Counted from the first letter of the stretch, positions 13,049-26,874 are shown. The stretch is DNA of 64,000 nt from Octopus bimaculoides (GCF_001194135.2 NC_069000.1:28172917-28236916), one strand, 5' to 3'. The notes: generated from the sequence alone by a model not told the origin. Made by a program: numbers and translations.

Positions 13049-13078
13049 AAATTATTAGAGAAACCGAAACTCGAATAG
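13049..13078 (+). CDS. Microexon C, unit 5 (EIIRETETRI)
   Basis: tttcacag|30 nt|gtaagc. Confidence 0.9.
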   Translation, partial: KLLEKPKLE

Positions 13079-13428
13079 GTAAGCACTTTTGATATGATAG
13101 CATAGTATTACTTGAAATAAAATACATACTCTGCACATATTGTCATACATAAAATTTTGTCGTAAATTCGTGATAATGTCCTTCAGTGAGCATCCGATTC
13201 TCCCAAATATTCGTAAAGTCTATATTGCAGTCATAAATATGTCTCATTCAACTATAGATAGAATCTAAATTGTTAACGTATGTGAGTGTCATTGCAAGAA
13301 ATACTTTTTCCAATAAGTCATAGGCGTTGTGTTACATAAGAAGAAATGTGAACAAATATTTACACATATCATTTTCCATCGAATGATTTAGCAATGTACT
13401 TATTGTAGTTTATTTTAATTTCGTTCAG

Positions 13429-13458
13429 AAAAACCATCTGAAGTTGAATCTACTGTTG
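13429..13458 (+). CDS. Microexon D, unit 5 (EKPSEVESTV)
   Basis: ttcgttcag|30 nt|gtgagt. Confidence 0.9.
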
Positions 13459-14517
13459 GTGAGTGTAATTTGCAATGATTCCATTCGCTTTCAATGTTTG
13501 GCTTTTCTGTCAATTTTCAGGATTATTAGATATATATTATTCCAAGCTAAACCAAGTCACGCAAAAATACCATTTGATTATATCTAATTCCCCCTATTTA
13601 CACATGCATCGATATGCAGCGTCCTGCATGCAATCATACACAACATAAAATAGAGACACTGTTATGTAGTCCTGATTTTTATGAGAAATTTCCACATGCT
13701 ACACTCTAGAAATGATGCGCTCTCGAGCCGTAAATGCTATACTGAATCCTGTCTCAATATAACACGCAACCCCAGTCCAAATTATTTGCATATCGTACCA
13801 TATCATGTTGAATGTTGCTAGTATATCAAAAGTCCGGAAAAGGAAGAATATGCAAAAATATATTCATGTTACTGTCACATTGTTTCGCGCTTTCTTTACA
13901 CACGTCTTTGTTTGGCGAAGTTTCATTTTTCTGATTATCGGTCGTTGGTGTCAAATGTTTCTTTCCTTCATTGTGACAATGAATTTGCTTTCTGTCTTTT
14001 ACCGTGTTCTCAACGTCCCTATTTCAAAGTATCCGACAATATTAGTGATGTCTGCATGTAGTGTAGTCAGAAAATAATACGAATGCAAAGTAAACGTTCT
14101 TAAAATGTTTGAGAAATCAATTTGTCTGTAAGACGAATACCACTGACTTTCGCACGATGTAGAGCAATGTGATATTTACACACATTAATAACTGGAAACG
14201 AAATACTATTAAACACAACATTAAAAACACAAACATATACATATGCAGACTTGTTTAAACATTAACATTAGTCATGTAGCTATTTCTGACACGAAATGAC
14301 AGTAAATCCATTCCGTATACTTATTTACATGCCGAAAATTTAATATCAATATTTGCATAATTTCATAAATCTGTAATGTTGTCGTGATTATTGTGTCCTG
14401 CTTCACTACGTAAATATAAATTTAGGATTTCGAAATGAATTAAAGCATCATTATATAATTTGGAAATGTGTAGATAGTTTCCTGTATACATACATACAAC
14501 AAGTAGATTTCAGTATA

Positions 14518-14574
<57 letters not shown>

Positions 14575-14576
<2 letters not shown>

Positions 14577-15241
14577 TATATACTCCGAGTAGTAGTCGAT
14601 CCTAGTATTTCATGGACAACAGGACAACATTTGTGGATCAACGGAACATATTACTCTCCACGTAGGAATATAATTGTGACAAAATTTTGTGGCTACCATA
14701 CTGTAGCCTGCTCTATAGTTGGAATGCCTTTTGCTTATAATGTAATGCTAGGTGTTCATTGTTAAACACTATTTAATAGCGAACACTATACATCTGTTGA
14801 TGGTTGCTACATCACCATTTCTAAAATATATGCACAGGATATGTTGCACGCCTGCATATAAATTCAAGCATAAAACACATGCATGAAACATGGTGAGGAA
14901 CGTGTTTCGCAGACTACACTATTCGCGAACAGTGGCAAACGCCATAGTCTTAATTCGTACAAAGGCATGACTATGGTAAGCAGAAAATCATTCAATTAAT
15001 AGACGTTAATATTTTACTAGGATGTGTATTTCGATTCATAGAATTGGTGCTATAAGTGTAATTCATTGTGTTATTCTTTTTATTCGCTTAGCGATCAGTT
15101 AGACTTCTGCTGCTGGTACAACACTTCGGATTCTAGCTTGAATTTCAGCCCTTCGGAAGTAGTATCCATGTAAAAGTCGACCCTATAAATCTGACCTTAA
15201 AAAATGGTCTAAACATTTCGACATTTACACGAGTATATACG
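14575..15241. mobile_element. Non-autonomous pogo/Tc2-like DNA element, copy 2, in the D-E intron of unit 5
   Basis: Imperfect TIRs cgtatatactccgagtagtagtcga / tcgacatttacacgagtatatacg, embedded in (TA)n; absent from units 1, 6 and 7. Confidence 0.7.
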
Positions 15242-15428
15242 TTATATATATATATATATATATATGCATGTATGTATATGTATGTACAATAATATCGTAG
15301 TGCGTTTGAAAAATATTGGCAACTAAACGCCGTGGTTAGCTAATGCGATTCTGTGTATAATTGCCACATAACTATACATTCTGTTGTAAAGCAACAATAT
15401 TTAACTGCATATTTCGTTAATTTCACAG

Positions 15429-15458
15429 AAGTCGTAACAGAAAAAGTAACTCGTACAG
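15429..15458 (+). CDS. Microexon E, unit 5 (EVVTEKVTRT)
   Basis: tttcacag|30 nt|gtaagc. Confidence 0.9.
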
Positions 15459-15785
15459 GTAAGCTACTGAAGAATTTATTCCTCATGCGTATCTTCAAAC
15501 TGATTATGTAACAAATATTTCTGTGATAATTATTTATTAAAATGAAAGCGAAATTGCACTGATTAATAATTTCTTAATAATATTTTCCATTCTAATGAAG
15601 TGTGATGATAAACTTTTAATGCGTTTTATGATGGTGGGGCTATCGGATTAGATTTTGTAATTTTATCATTTGAAAAGCTTTCATGAATATTCTATACGAG
15701 TTGAATATATTTTTATTGCTTGATACTCATATATTCTGTGTGATGTGACTGTTGCGGGAATATATTTACGTTTGCCTTTCTCTAG

Positions 15786-15815
15786 AAACACGTTCTGAAG
15801 TGGAATCTACAGTTG
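15786..15815 (+). CDS. Microexon F, unit 5 (ETRSEVESTV)
   Basis: tttctctag|30 nt|gtgagt. Confidence 0.9.
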
Positions 15816-16372
15816 GTGAGTGAGAGATTGTTTTCGTGATTTCTTGCTTATGCTTGTCGCTGAGTTTCCTTAGAGAAGTCTTCCAATGTGCTAGTGGAAA
15901 GAGAATAATGGTTCATTATGAAATATGTTTATGTGTAATAGAAGAAAGATAGCATGTAAATGTTTGAGATGTTTTGCTTTATCGCATTTCAATAATATTT
16001 TTTGTAAATTTTGTCGGCTCCTAAATCTGAATTGCAACATTTACATTTATAGTTCAATTAAAATTTAAGTGTGTGTGATTGATTAGATAGAGATATTAAC
16101 TGAGAGAAAGAATATCGTTTCGAAATATATTCACATGAAATTTCTGTGTAAAATAGTAATCGTAATAAATATTTCGATATATTTTTCTTTACACTTCATA
16201 TATATACAATGAAATCAAACTGAAGGAATAAGGCGAATCATACAATGTGAATTCAGTAGGTAAACAGTATTGAAATTGCAAAGTTTGATTGGTATATTTT
16301 AGTGATAAGATTTTAGTTATATATTTATTGATTATTGGCATAAAATTGACATTTCCTTCAATAATTTCACAG

Positions 16373-16402
16373 ATGTTGTGCAACAGGACGAGCGTCCTAA
16401 AG
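16373..16402 (+). CDS. Microexon A, unit 6 (DVVQQDERPK)
   Basis: tttcacag|30 nt|gtgaga. Confidence 0.9.
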
Positions 16403-16807
16403 GTGAGAGTGCTTCTGTTTACGAACATATGCCGATAAGTCTAAATTTCTATATACTTACATATATATGTTTTTGCGAGTGCGCAATGTATAATGCGAAA
16501 TTAATGTAGTAAAGTTGATATATGCTTGTAATTGTATCAAGTTCGGCACCAAATTTGTCAAATGCTACTCCTTGAAGCCACCCATTTAAATGATGGAACT
16601 GAACGTAGATTCTCACAATGAAAGCACTTTGAATTCATAATAATATACTTTGCGGAATTTTATGGCAAATCTTTATAAAACCTCTCTGAAAAGAAGAAAG
16701 TGTAGTGTTCAAAATGAATCTTTGGTTATTTGCTTACCTCTGTCTACGTATATGATATCTGTATACAGTGCAAAGTCTGATGATATTGTCTTTCATTCCA
16801 TATTCAG

Positions 16808-16837
16808 AACAACCTTCTGAGGCCGAAGCCACAGTTG
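16808..16837 (+). CDS. Microexon B, unit 6 (EQPSEAEATV)
   Basis: catattcag|30 nt|gtaagt. Confidence 0.9.
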
Positions 16838-17187
16838 GTAAGTGTGTCCTCATTCGATTCCGTGTAAATCTAAGTAATCTCTTATAATTATTAGTCGTAA
16901 TTCATCATTATGAATTTTGAAATTATTATACATACTAGGAGGTGTATAAGAACAATAAATGCCCAGTTTCGAAGTTGTCTTTGTGGTTTTCTTTCATATA
17001 TTAATTACTAAATTTCTATGTAATATTTTCATATTCAATTATATTAACAAAGTCGATAGAAAAGTTTACCCATGTACTTGCATGCCACCTCCTTGGTAAC
17101 ATTTAATTGTGTAAAGTCTCATTAAAAAATGCTCCTTTTACAATATGGCCGAAGAGTTACTTAACGATCACGCTTTCAATTTCACAG

Positions 17188-17217
17188 AAATCATTAAAGA
17201 AACGGAAACTCGCATAG
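17188..17217 (+). CDS. Microexon C, unit 6 (EIIKETETRI)
   Basis: tttcacag|30 nt|gtaagc. Confidence 0.9.
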   Translation, partial: KSLKKRKLA

Positions 17218-17553
17218 GTAAGCACTTTTGATATAACGCCATAGTATTACATAATATACAATACATACTCAACGTATATTGTCATACATAAAATTACTTC
17301 GTAAATTCGTGATAATGTCCTTCGAAAGACTTCTAATTGACTTCAGTGAGCATCCAATTCTCCCAAATATTCGTAAAGTCTATATTGCAGTTATAAATAT
17401 GTTCTATTCAACTACAGAAAGAATATGTATCGTTAACATATGTAAGTGTCATTGCAAGAAATGCTTTTTGAAATAGGTCATAGGCGTTGTGTTACATTAG
17501 AAGAAATTTGAACAAATATTTACACATTATATCATTTCACGTCGAATGATTTA

Positions 17554-18785
17554 TTGGGTTCCTGCCCTTTTTTAAAATTTAAAATAATAAAAAATAACAA
17601 CTAATTAATCAATAATGTATTCACCCTTGTTGTTTACAACTTCTTCCCAACGTTCAACAAGATTTTCAATAACTCGTTGGTAGAAATCACCCGATTTCGA
17701 CTCAGTTCTGCATCAGTATTGAACGAAATTCCGCGCATAGCATTTGAAAGAGATCGAAAGAGGTGGAAATCCGTTGGTGCCAAATCAGAAGAGTACGATA
17801 GGTGTGGCAGCACTTCCCAGCCATGCGTTTGAATGGCTTCCTTGATCATATTGGCGATATGAGGGCGGGCGTTGTCGTTCAGTAGAAGAACTCCATGCTG
17901 CCGATTAGGTCTTTTCTCTTGAATAGCCATGTTGAGTCGTTCCATCTGTTGAACATAGAGTTCCGCGTTGACCGTTTGGTTCCGTTCAAGCAATTTGTAA
18001 TGGATAATTCCTTCCCAGTCCCACCATACGCACAACATCGTTTAACGCGGATGAAGATCTTGTTTCACGCGTGGTGTCACTTGCTTACCGTGGCTAAGCT
18101 ATTCCTTACGCTGCTTCATATTGATTACAGGCACCATTTTTCGTCGCCAGTAACGGTTCGGTAAAGAAATCGTTGCTTGTGTCCATGAGCTGAGCGGTGA
18201 CGAGCAAGCAAACTAGCGGAGATTATAGCTCGTTGATTTTTGTTGTTGTCACTTAAAGCATGCGGAACCCAAGCTCCATACTTCTGAATCTTTCCCATCG
18301 ATTGAAAATGTTTCTCAATAGCAGTGTGGGAGCATTCCATTTCTGCCAGTTCCCTTGTCATTTGACGAGAATTTTCGTACAAAAGTTGGTTCGCTCTTCA
18401 TCGAACGCAACTGGACGGTCAGAACCAGGTGCGGCTTTGAGGTCAAAATTTCCATTTTTGAACTTGGCATACCAATCACGAGCGGTTCTTTCAGCTATGG
18501 CACCCTCTCCATACACAGCACAAATGTTGCGAGCAGCTTTTGCGACCTTAGAACCTTGATTAAAAGCAAAAAGAAGGAGGTGTCGAAAATGCTTGCTTTT
18601 CTTAACTTGACATTCCATTTTAATGATCTGAAAATAAACAAAAATTAACTAAAATTAACTAAAAAAAAAAATAGATTCCAAAACAATTCAAAAATAGAAT
18701 TCTCGAAAAAAATAAATTCCAAAATTTAAAAACGCAATAAATTCCAAAATTTAAAAAAAGTTGGGAACTTTGTTGCCAACCCAAA
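17554..18785 (-). mobile_element. Mariner (DD34D) transposon with frameshifted transposase
   Basis: ORF fragments carry the mariner HTH N-terminus, WVPHAL, TGDEKW, MLCVWWD, DNARPH and DLAPTDFHLF; TA duplicated at 17552-53 and 18786-87; paralogous units show the empty site gaatgatttagcaa. Confidence 0.95.
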
Positions 18786-18825
18786 TAGCAATGTGCTTAT
18801 TGTAGTTTATTTTAATTTCGTTCAG

Positions 18826-18855
18826 AAAAACCAGTTGAAGTTGAATCTACTGTTG
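18826..18855 (+). CDS. Microexon D, unit 6 (EKPVEVESTV)
   Basis: ttcgttcag|30 nt|gtgagt. Confidence 0.88.
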
Positions 18856-20417
18856 GTGAGTGTAATTTACAATGATTCCATTCGCTTTCAATGTTTGTCT
18901 TTTCTGTCAATTTTAAGGTACATTATTGGATGTATATTATTGCAAGCTAAACCAACTCACGCAAAAAATACATTTGATTAAATCTAATTCCCCCTACATA
19001 CACATGCATCGATATTCAGCATCCTGCATGCAATCAGACACAGCATCAAATAGAGACACTGTTATGTAGTCCTGATTTACATGAGAAATCTCCACATGCT
19101 ACCACCCAGAAGTGATGCATTATCGAGCCGTAAATGCTATACTGAGTCCTGTCTCAATATAACACGCAACCCCAGTCCAATTTATTTACATGTCGTACCA
19201 TATCATGTTGAAAGTGGCTTATACATTAAAAGTCCTGAAAATGCAGAATACACAAAAATATATTCATGTTACTGTCACGTTGTATTGCGCTTTCTTTACA
19301 CACGTCTTCCTTTGGCGAATTTTCAATGTTCTGATTATCGGTTGTAGCTTCTTTGCCTCGTTGTGACAGTTAATTTGCTTCTTTACCTTTATCGTCGTCT
19401 CAACGTTACTATTTCAAAATATCTGGTAATATTAGGGATGGTTGCTTGTAGCATAATACGAAAATAATGCGAGTGTAAACTAGACACTTTTAAAAAGTTT
19501 GTGGAACTAATTTGTTAGTAATATTAAGATGATGCTTTTTATATAAATTTAACGTGTCACATATTTTCCATTCAACACGTGTTGTATGCACGATGTATAA
19601 CAAATTTGTCGTTTAATGGATAAGTTGCAGAAAGAGAAATACTAACATACATGGCATGAAAAATCAAGCAGACATAAATGCGCACTTCCTTAAATACTAA
19701 TATTGAACAGGTGGCTATTGCTGACTCCAAATAACCGTAAAGATTCCGTTTAATATACTGATTTATATGCCGAATTTTATATATCAATATTTGCTCAATT
19801 TCATAAATTTATGATTTAGTTGAATTTGTTATATCAATAAACATTGTTTAATCATACGAAAAAGTCCGATGAGATTGCGATTAATGATAGCTGAAATATA
19901 CTTTAATATCTATGTTGCAGTAAATGTATATGGTGTAAACATCTGACAAGACATCTTGTAATTGCTCATATATTTCTGATGCTGGCGAGAGTACATATCG
20001 CCAATTAATAATGAATGTCAAGAAAGTTTTCTCCCTTTTCTTTCTCATATGCAAATAATTGCGGCAATGATTGTGTCTTGCTACGTAAATGGAAATTTAG
20101 GATTTCTAAATGAATTATCGCATCATTATATATTTTCGAAATGTGTAGTTTCCTGTATAGATGCATACACAAGATACAGATGGGTTTTTATGTGTGTGTG
20201 TGTGTGTGTGTGTGCGTGTGCGTGCGTGCGTGCGTGCGTGCGTGCGTGTATCTGTACATATATATGTAAGATTATACATATATGTATATATATTATAGAA
20301 GTTGGGAGATAAGCCCAAGTAGGTATGTTTGTATGTATATCGTTTCCGTTCAACACGTGTGTCCTTTGCACGATGTTCCTTGTATATAAGTATACACAAG
20401 GTAAAGATGCGTTTATA

Positions 20418-20453
<36 letters not shown>

Positions 20454-20888
20454 TGTATGTATGTATGTATGTATGTATGTATGTAGAGGGTTGGTCAAAA
20501 GTCACCTGACAGTAAATCAAAATTTAATTCCAAGATTTATTCACATTTAACAATTGAATGAATTTAATAAAAGCATCTAAATATGAAAAATCATGATGAT
20601 TATTCAAACTGAATTTTTTCTTTTGCGACACATATTTCTATTCGAGTGAATACAAAATTATCGATAATATTTATGGAATTTTGTGTTACTGTCGGATGAC
20701 AGTTGGCCAACACGATATGTTTGTAGGTATGTGTGTATATATTTTATACAGTAACATATTAGTGTTTTTGAAAAGAATTGACGACTAGTTAGCTAATATG
20801 ATTCTCCGTATAATCTCTAACAATATTATGCACTCTGCTGTAAAGCATCTTTCGAAATATCTAACTACATATTTCGTTAATTTCACAG

Positions 20889-20918
20889 AAGTTGTAACGG
20901 AGAAAGTAACTCGTACAG
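20889..20918 (+). CDS. Microexon E, unit 6 (EVVTEKVTRT)
   Basis: tttcacag|30 nt|gtaagc. Confidence 0.9.
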
Positions 20919-21242
20919 GTAAGCTACTGAAGAATTTTTTTCGTGATGAGTATCAACAAGCTTGATATATAGAAATTTTTTCTGTGATAATTGTTTAGTA
21001 AAATGAAAGCGAAATTCCTACGATAATTCACTTATTATTTTCTTCATGTAAACATCTTCTATTGTAACAAAGTGTGACGAAAGGTTTTTCAAAGTGTTTT
21101 CTGATGGTGGGGCAATCGGATTAGTTTTCGTAAATTCTACCATTTGGAAACCACTCACGAGTTGAATATATTTAATGCTTGTCACTCATATATTCTGTGA
21201 TGTAACAGTTGAGGGAATATATTTACATTTACATTTCTCTAG

Positions 21243-21272
21243 AAACACGTTCTGAAGTGGAATCTACAGTTG
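21243..21272 (+). CDS. Microexon F, unit 6 (ETRSEVESTV)
   Basis: tttctctag|30 nt|gtgagt. Confidence 0.9.
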
Positions 21273-21832
21273 GTGAGTGAGAGATTATTTTCGTGATTTT
21301 TTGCTTATGCTTGTCACTGAGTTCTTTTAGAGAAGTCTTTCAATGTGCTTGCCGAAAAAGTGTAATATTTCATTACGAAATACGATAATGCATAATAAAA
21401 GAACGATAGCATGTGAAAGAATGAGATTTTGCTTTCCTTTACCACATTTCTATTATATACGTTGGAAATTTTGTCGGCTCCTAAATCTCAGTAATATCAT
21501 TCAAATTTATCTTTCAATTAAAATTTAAGCGCATATGATTTATTAGAGAGAGATAATTGTTGAAAGAAAGAAACTCGTTTCGAAATATATTCACATGGTA
21601 TTACTGTGTAAAATGATAATTGAAATAAATATTTCGATATATTTTCTATGCGCTTGAAATATATGTAATAAAATCGATCTGAAAGAACAAGACAAATCAT
21701 ACAACGTGAATTCAGTGGGTAAACAGTATTGAAATTGCAAAGGTAGATTGATATATCAGTCGTGATGAAAGGCTAGTTACATATTCATCAATTCTCTGCA
21801 TCAAATTGAGAATTCCTTCAATTATTTCACAG

Positions 21833-21862
21833 ATGTTGTGCAACAGGACGAGCGTCCTAAAG
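21833..21862 (+). CDS. Microexon A, unit 7 (DVVQQDERPK)
   Basis: tttcacag|30 nt|gtgaga. Confidence 0.9.
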
Positions 21863-22286
21863 GTGAGAGAGTTTCTGTTTACAAATACAGCTCGATAGAC
21901 CTAAGTTTCTATATACATATGTTTCTATATACCTACATATATATAATTGTTTTTGCTAGTGCGCAAAGTATAATGCGAAATTAATGTAGTATAGTTGATA
22001 TATGCTTGTATTTGTATCACGTTGAACATCACTTTTGCCAAATGTTGCTGTTTGTATCACCCTATTAACTGATGGAACTGAACGTATATTTTCAAACTGG
22101 AAGTCCTTTGAATTCATAATTATATATTCTGTTGAATATTATTGCAAAACGTTATAAAGTATCTCTTAAAATTAGAAAGTGTAGTTTTGAGAATGAATCT
22201 TTGATTATTTTCTTACCTCTGTCTATGTATATCATATCTGTATTCCGTGTAATATCTGATGATATTGTCTTTCATTCCATACTCAG

Positions 22287-22316
22287 AACAACCATCTGAG
22301 GCCGAAGCCACAGTTG
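22287..22316 (+). CDS. Microexon B, unit 7 (EQPSEAEATV)
   Basis: catactcag|30 nt|gtaagt. Confidence 0.9.
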
Positions 22317-22666
22317 GTAAGTGTCTCCTGTTCTTATTCCGTGTAAATTTAACAAATCTGTTATGATTGTTAATATACCATTATTAATTTTGAAATTATT
22401 ATACATATTAGGTGTATTAGAACAATAATCACCCAGTTTATAATCTATTCTTGTAGTTTTCTTTTATATAGTAATTTTTGAATTTCTACGTAATATTTTC
22501 ATATTCAATTATATTAATAAAATTGATAGAAAAGTTTACCGAAGTGTATTGCGTGTCACTTTCTTGGTAACATTTAATTGTATAAGGCATCATTAAGAAT
22601 CCGGTTTTTATTTATTTACGAAACGGCTGAAGAGTTAGTTAACGATTTACGTTTTCAATTTCACAG

Positions 22667-22696
22667 AAATTGTTAGAGAAACCGAAACTCGCATAG
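22667..22696 (+). CDS. Microexon C, unit 7 (EIVRETETRI)
   Basis: tttcacag|30 nt|gtaagc. Confidence 0.9.
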   Translation, partial: KLLEKPKLA

Positions 22697-23064
22697 GTAA
22701 GCACTTTTGATATAACGGCATAATATTACTTAAAATACAATATATGCTCAGCGCATAATTTCATGTGTAGTAATTTTCTCGTAAATTCGTGATTACTTCC
22801 TTCGAAAGAATTCTTAATTACTTCAGTGATCGTCCAATTCTTTTCACATATTTTAAAATCTATATTGTAATCATAAACATTTTCAATTCAACTATACATA
22901 CAATATGTATTGTTAACGTATGAGTGTCCTTGTAAGAAATGCTTTTGCAAAAGATCATTGGTGTTCTATTACATAAGAAGAAATCTGAAAATTTACGCAG
23001 TATATAATTTCATGTCGTATAATTTAGCAACGAGCTTATTGTAGTGTATTTTAATTTCGTTCAG

Positions 23065-23094
23065 AAAAACCAACTGAAGTTGAATCTACTGTTG
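23065..23094 (+). CDS. Microexon D, unit 7 (EKPTEVESTV)
   Basis: ttcgttcag|30 nt|gtgagt. Confidence 0.9.
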
Positions 23095-24378
23095 GTGAGT
23101 GTAATTTGCAATGATTTCATTCGCTTTCAATGTTTGTCATTACTGTCAATTGTCAGGTATATTAGATGTATATTGTTGCAAGCTAAACCAAGTCACGCAA
23201 AAATACGTTTGATTAAACCTAACTCTCCCTATTTACACACATGCATCGATATGCAGCATCCTGCATGCAATCACACACAGCACCAGATAAAGACACTGCT
23301 ATGTAGTCCTGATTTACATGAGAAATCTCCGTATGCTACACTCCAAAAATACGAGCTATCGAGCCGTAAATCCCGTACTGAGAAGTGTCCCAATATAACA
23401 TGCAGCGCCAGTCCGAATTATACACATATCGTACCGTAACATGTGGAAAATGGCCTGCATAGTAAGTCTCTTGAGAATACAGAGTGCTGAGAAATATGAT
23501 CGCGTTATTTTCACGTTGCATTACGCTTTCGCTGTCCTTGTGTTGGTTTGGCGAATTTTAAATTTCTTAATTAGTTGTTTTTAGTGTTAGATTTTTTTTT
23601 ACTGTGTGACAGTTAATCTGGTTGTTTTCCCTTCTCGTTGACTCCACGTCTGAATTTTTTAAATATCTGCTAATATTAAATATCTTTCCATGGAGGATAA
23701 TACGAAATTAAATGGGAAATTAAGGTGCAAAGTTATTTTAGGATTTACTTTGTCTTTAATGTAAGTATGATTTGGTTTGATACAAATGTCACATCTCATA
23801 TATCATTTCCATCAGACACAGGTTTACTTTGCATGATGCATAGGAAAATTATTATCGCACACACCTGTAGCTTAAAGTGAAATACCAACACACACAACAT
23901 TCAAAATACTAAGTGATAAAATGCATACATGCTTAAATACTAACAATGGACATGAGTGGATTGTATTCGTCAAATAATTGTAAATTGTCTCTTTAATACA
24001 CCGATTTATATGCCTAAATTTCTATTGAAGATGTTGAATTTTGTCACATTTACTACGTTCGTGAACAAGATTGTAATATGCAAGTCGTATGGAAAAGTCC
24101 GATTGCTATGTCGGATGGCTTAAATATTCTTTTTATGTGTACTGCAGCAACGTATATCTCAGTTCTTTTCTTGTAATTGCTGAATTATTTCTCATGTTAC
24201 CCATTTTATTGACTTCAATTGTAGAAGGCCTTAATCATTAATTTGTAAATATTCTTTTCTCTTTGTTTTGTCATACAATAATGATTGCTGCAATGACTGT
24301 GTCCTGATTCACTAATTCACTATATATTTTTGAAATTTGTAGATAGTTTTATGCAGACATGCATATATCCCTTAGAGG

Positions 24379-24428
<50 letters not shown>

Positions 24429-24638
24429 TGTATTACAAAAATATTTCTTTATTGCCCACAAAGGGCTAAACATAGAGGGGATAAACAAGGACAGACAAGG
24501 GGATTAATTCGATTAAAATATTAAACGAATACATGTAATTATGCTAGCATAAGTTTCTATATAATCGCCACATAACTATGCATTCTGTTGTAAAACATAA
24601 TTCGAGATATTTAACTACATATTTCGTTAATTTCACAG

Positions 24639-24668
24639 AAGTCGTAACGGAAAAAGTAACTCGTACAG
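24639..24668 (+). CDS. Microexon E, unit 7 (EVVTEKVTRT)
   Basis: tttcacag|30 nt|gtaagc. Confidence 0.9.
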
Positions 24669-25001
24669 GTAAGCTATTGCAAAATGCTTTTTGCGATATC
24701 TATCAATCTAAATATATCACAATCTACACTGCGATAAGTTTTTGATAAATTGTAAGCTAAATTGCTGCAAAAATTAGTTTATCTTTTCTTCGTGTAAACA
24801 CTCGCCGTTCTAGTAAAGTGTCACTATATGTTTTCAAACTGATTTCTGATGGTGAAATAATTGGATTAGTTTTCGTAAATTTATCATTTCAAAATGACTC
24901 TTAAATATTCAATTCTAGCTGAATATATTTGATGCTTCTTACTTATATATGGTGTGTAATGTAACTGTTGAGGGTTTATATTTACGTTTGCCTTTCTCTA
25001 G

Positions 25002-25031
25002 AAACACGTTCTGAAGTGGAATCCACAGTTG
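25002..25031 (+). CDS. Microexon F, unit 7 (ETRSEVESTV)
   Basis: tttctctag|30 nt|gtgagt. Confidence 0.9.
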
Positions 25032-25583
25032 GTGAGTGAGAGCTTATTTTCGCAATTTCTTGCTTCTGCTTTTCGCTGAGTTTCCTTAGAGATGTCTTCC
25101 ATTGTAATTCTGGAAAGACAATATTGACTTATTACGAAATATAGTAATAATTAATGAAAGAACGACAGCATTATATCACGTTTGTGCGGTTTATTTTATC
25201 ACATTTCAATAATATACCTCATCAATTAGCTGGTGTCTTCACTCTAAATTTATATTGCTGAAACTTGTAGTTGATTGAAATCTTGACGTGCGTGTGATTG
25301 GTTAGAAAGACATAGTACTTGAAACATCGTTACTCATTTCAAGATACATGCGACCAAGCATTTTATGCAAAAATAATTGCATGGAATTTTTAAAAATTTA
25401 TTTTCTCCGTGCGATGAAATTTATAATCAAAATCTGTTTGAAATCTTAAAACTATTCAAATAAGGCAAATTTTACAGTTTGGTAATTAAAAAAGTATATT
25501 GTTATAGGAGTAGAGATAACGTGTTATATGCATATTTCTGATCTCTCGATAGTGAATGTTAATAATGTTAAATTATTTAACAG

Positions 25584-25613
25584 ATATTGTAACACAGGAG
25601 GAGCGCCCAAAAG
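25584..25613 (+). CDS. Microexon A, unit 8 (DIVTQEERPK)
   Basis: tttaacag|30 nt|gtgaga; diverged but still in frame. Confidence 0.9.
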
Positions 25614-25670
25614 GTGAGATAGCATCTGTTTCATTAGTCTTAATTTGCTCCTAAATACATTAAAATCTTA

Positions 25671-25713
<43 letters not shown>

Positions 25714-26089
25714 AAAGTAAGAAGAAAAAAGCGAAAATATACAGATAGATAGATATAATTTCCTCTGCATATATGTAAAAAATAATACACAATTAATGCT
25801 GTTTTCATGATAGATACTGGTAATTTTATGAAGTTTCACATATCGTTTCCCAAGTATTAGAGTTTATCGCCTTCCTTCCAAAATTATGGAACTGAATATA
25901 CATAGACACATTCAAACCACTTTGAATTTGTGACAGTATATAATTTGGAATGTTTTTCCAAAAATTTCAAAAGTACTCCTTAATGATAGGAATGCTAAGA
26001 ATTCTCGATTATTTGCCTCTATATTCTATTTATATTATATCTGTACTTGGTGTAAAAGCTGATAATATTGACTTTCATTCCATATTCAG

Positions 26090-26119
26090 AACAACCATCT
26101 GGGGTCGAAGCCACAGTTG
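26090..26119 (+). CDS. Microexon B, unit 8 (EQPSGVEATV)
   Basis: catattcag|30 nt|gtaagt. Confidence 0.9.
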
Positions 26120-26470
26120 GTAAGTGTCTTCTCACTTGATTCCGTGTCAATTTCAATTTAGCAAATGTTTTATGAATATTAGTCGTAGTATACCATTATT
26201 AATTTTGAGATTGATACACATATTTGGAGGTATATTAAAGCCATAGTCGCACAATATATGAATTATTTATATAGGAATTATTGAATTTTCACGTAATATT
26301 TGTATATTAAATTATAGTAAGTGATTGATAGAACTGTTTAGTGATCTTTGGTAACATGTAATTGAATCACCTACTTGGTAATATGTAATTGAATGAAGAC
26401 TCTTTATGAATTGTTTCTTTTACGAAATGGCGGAAGAGATAGTTAACGATTTACGTTTTAAATTTCACAG

Positions 26471-26500
26471 AAATTATTAGAGAAACCGAAACTCGCATAG
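26471..26500 (+). CDS. Microexon C, unit 8 (EIIRETETRI)
   Basis: tttcacag|30 nt|gtaagc. Confidence 0.9.
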   Translation, partial: KLLEKPKLA

Positions 26501-26874
26501 GTAAGCACTTTTGCTATGGTAGCACAGTATTATTTTAAATATAATATATACTCTGCGTATATTTTCATGTATAAAACTTCTCGTAAATTCGCGATAAAGT
26601 CCTTCGAAACATTTCTAACTTGCTTCAGTGTGTGTCCATTTTTGATCAATTATTTGTAAAGCTTATATCGAATCGATAAATATGATCCGTTAAAATAGAG
26701 ACTGAACATGTATGGTTACGAAATTAGAATAACATTGTAAGAAATGCCTTATGAAAAAGTTCATAGCTTTTCTGTTATATTGGAAGAAATTTAAACAAAC
26801 ATTTACACTTTAAGTGTTTTCATATTGCGTAATTTAGCAAAGTGCTTATTATGGTTTATTTTAATTACGTTTAG

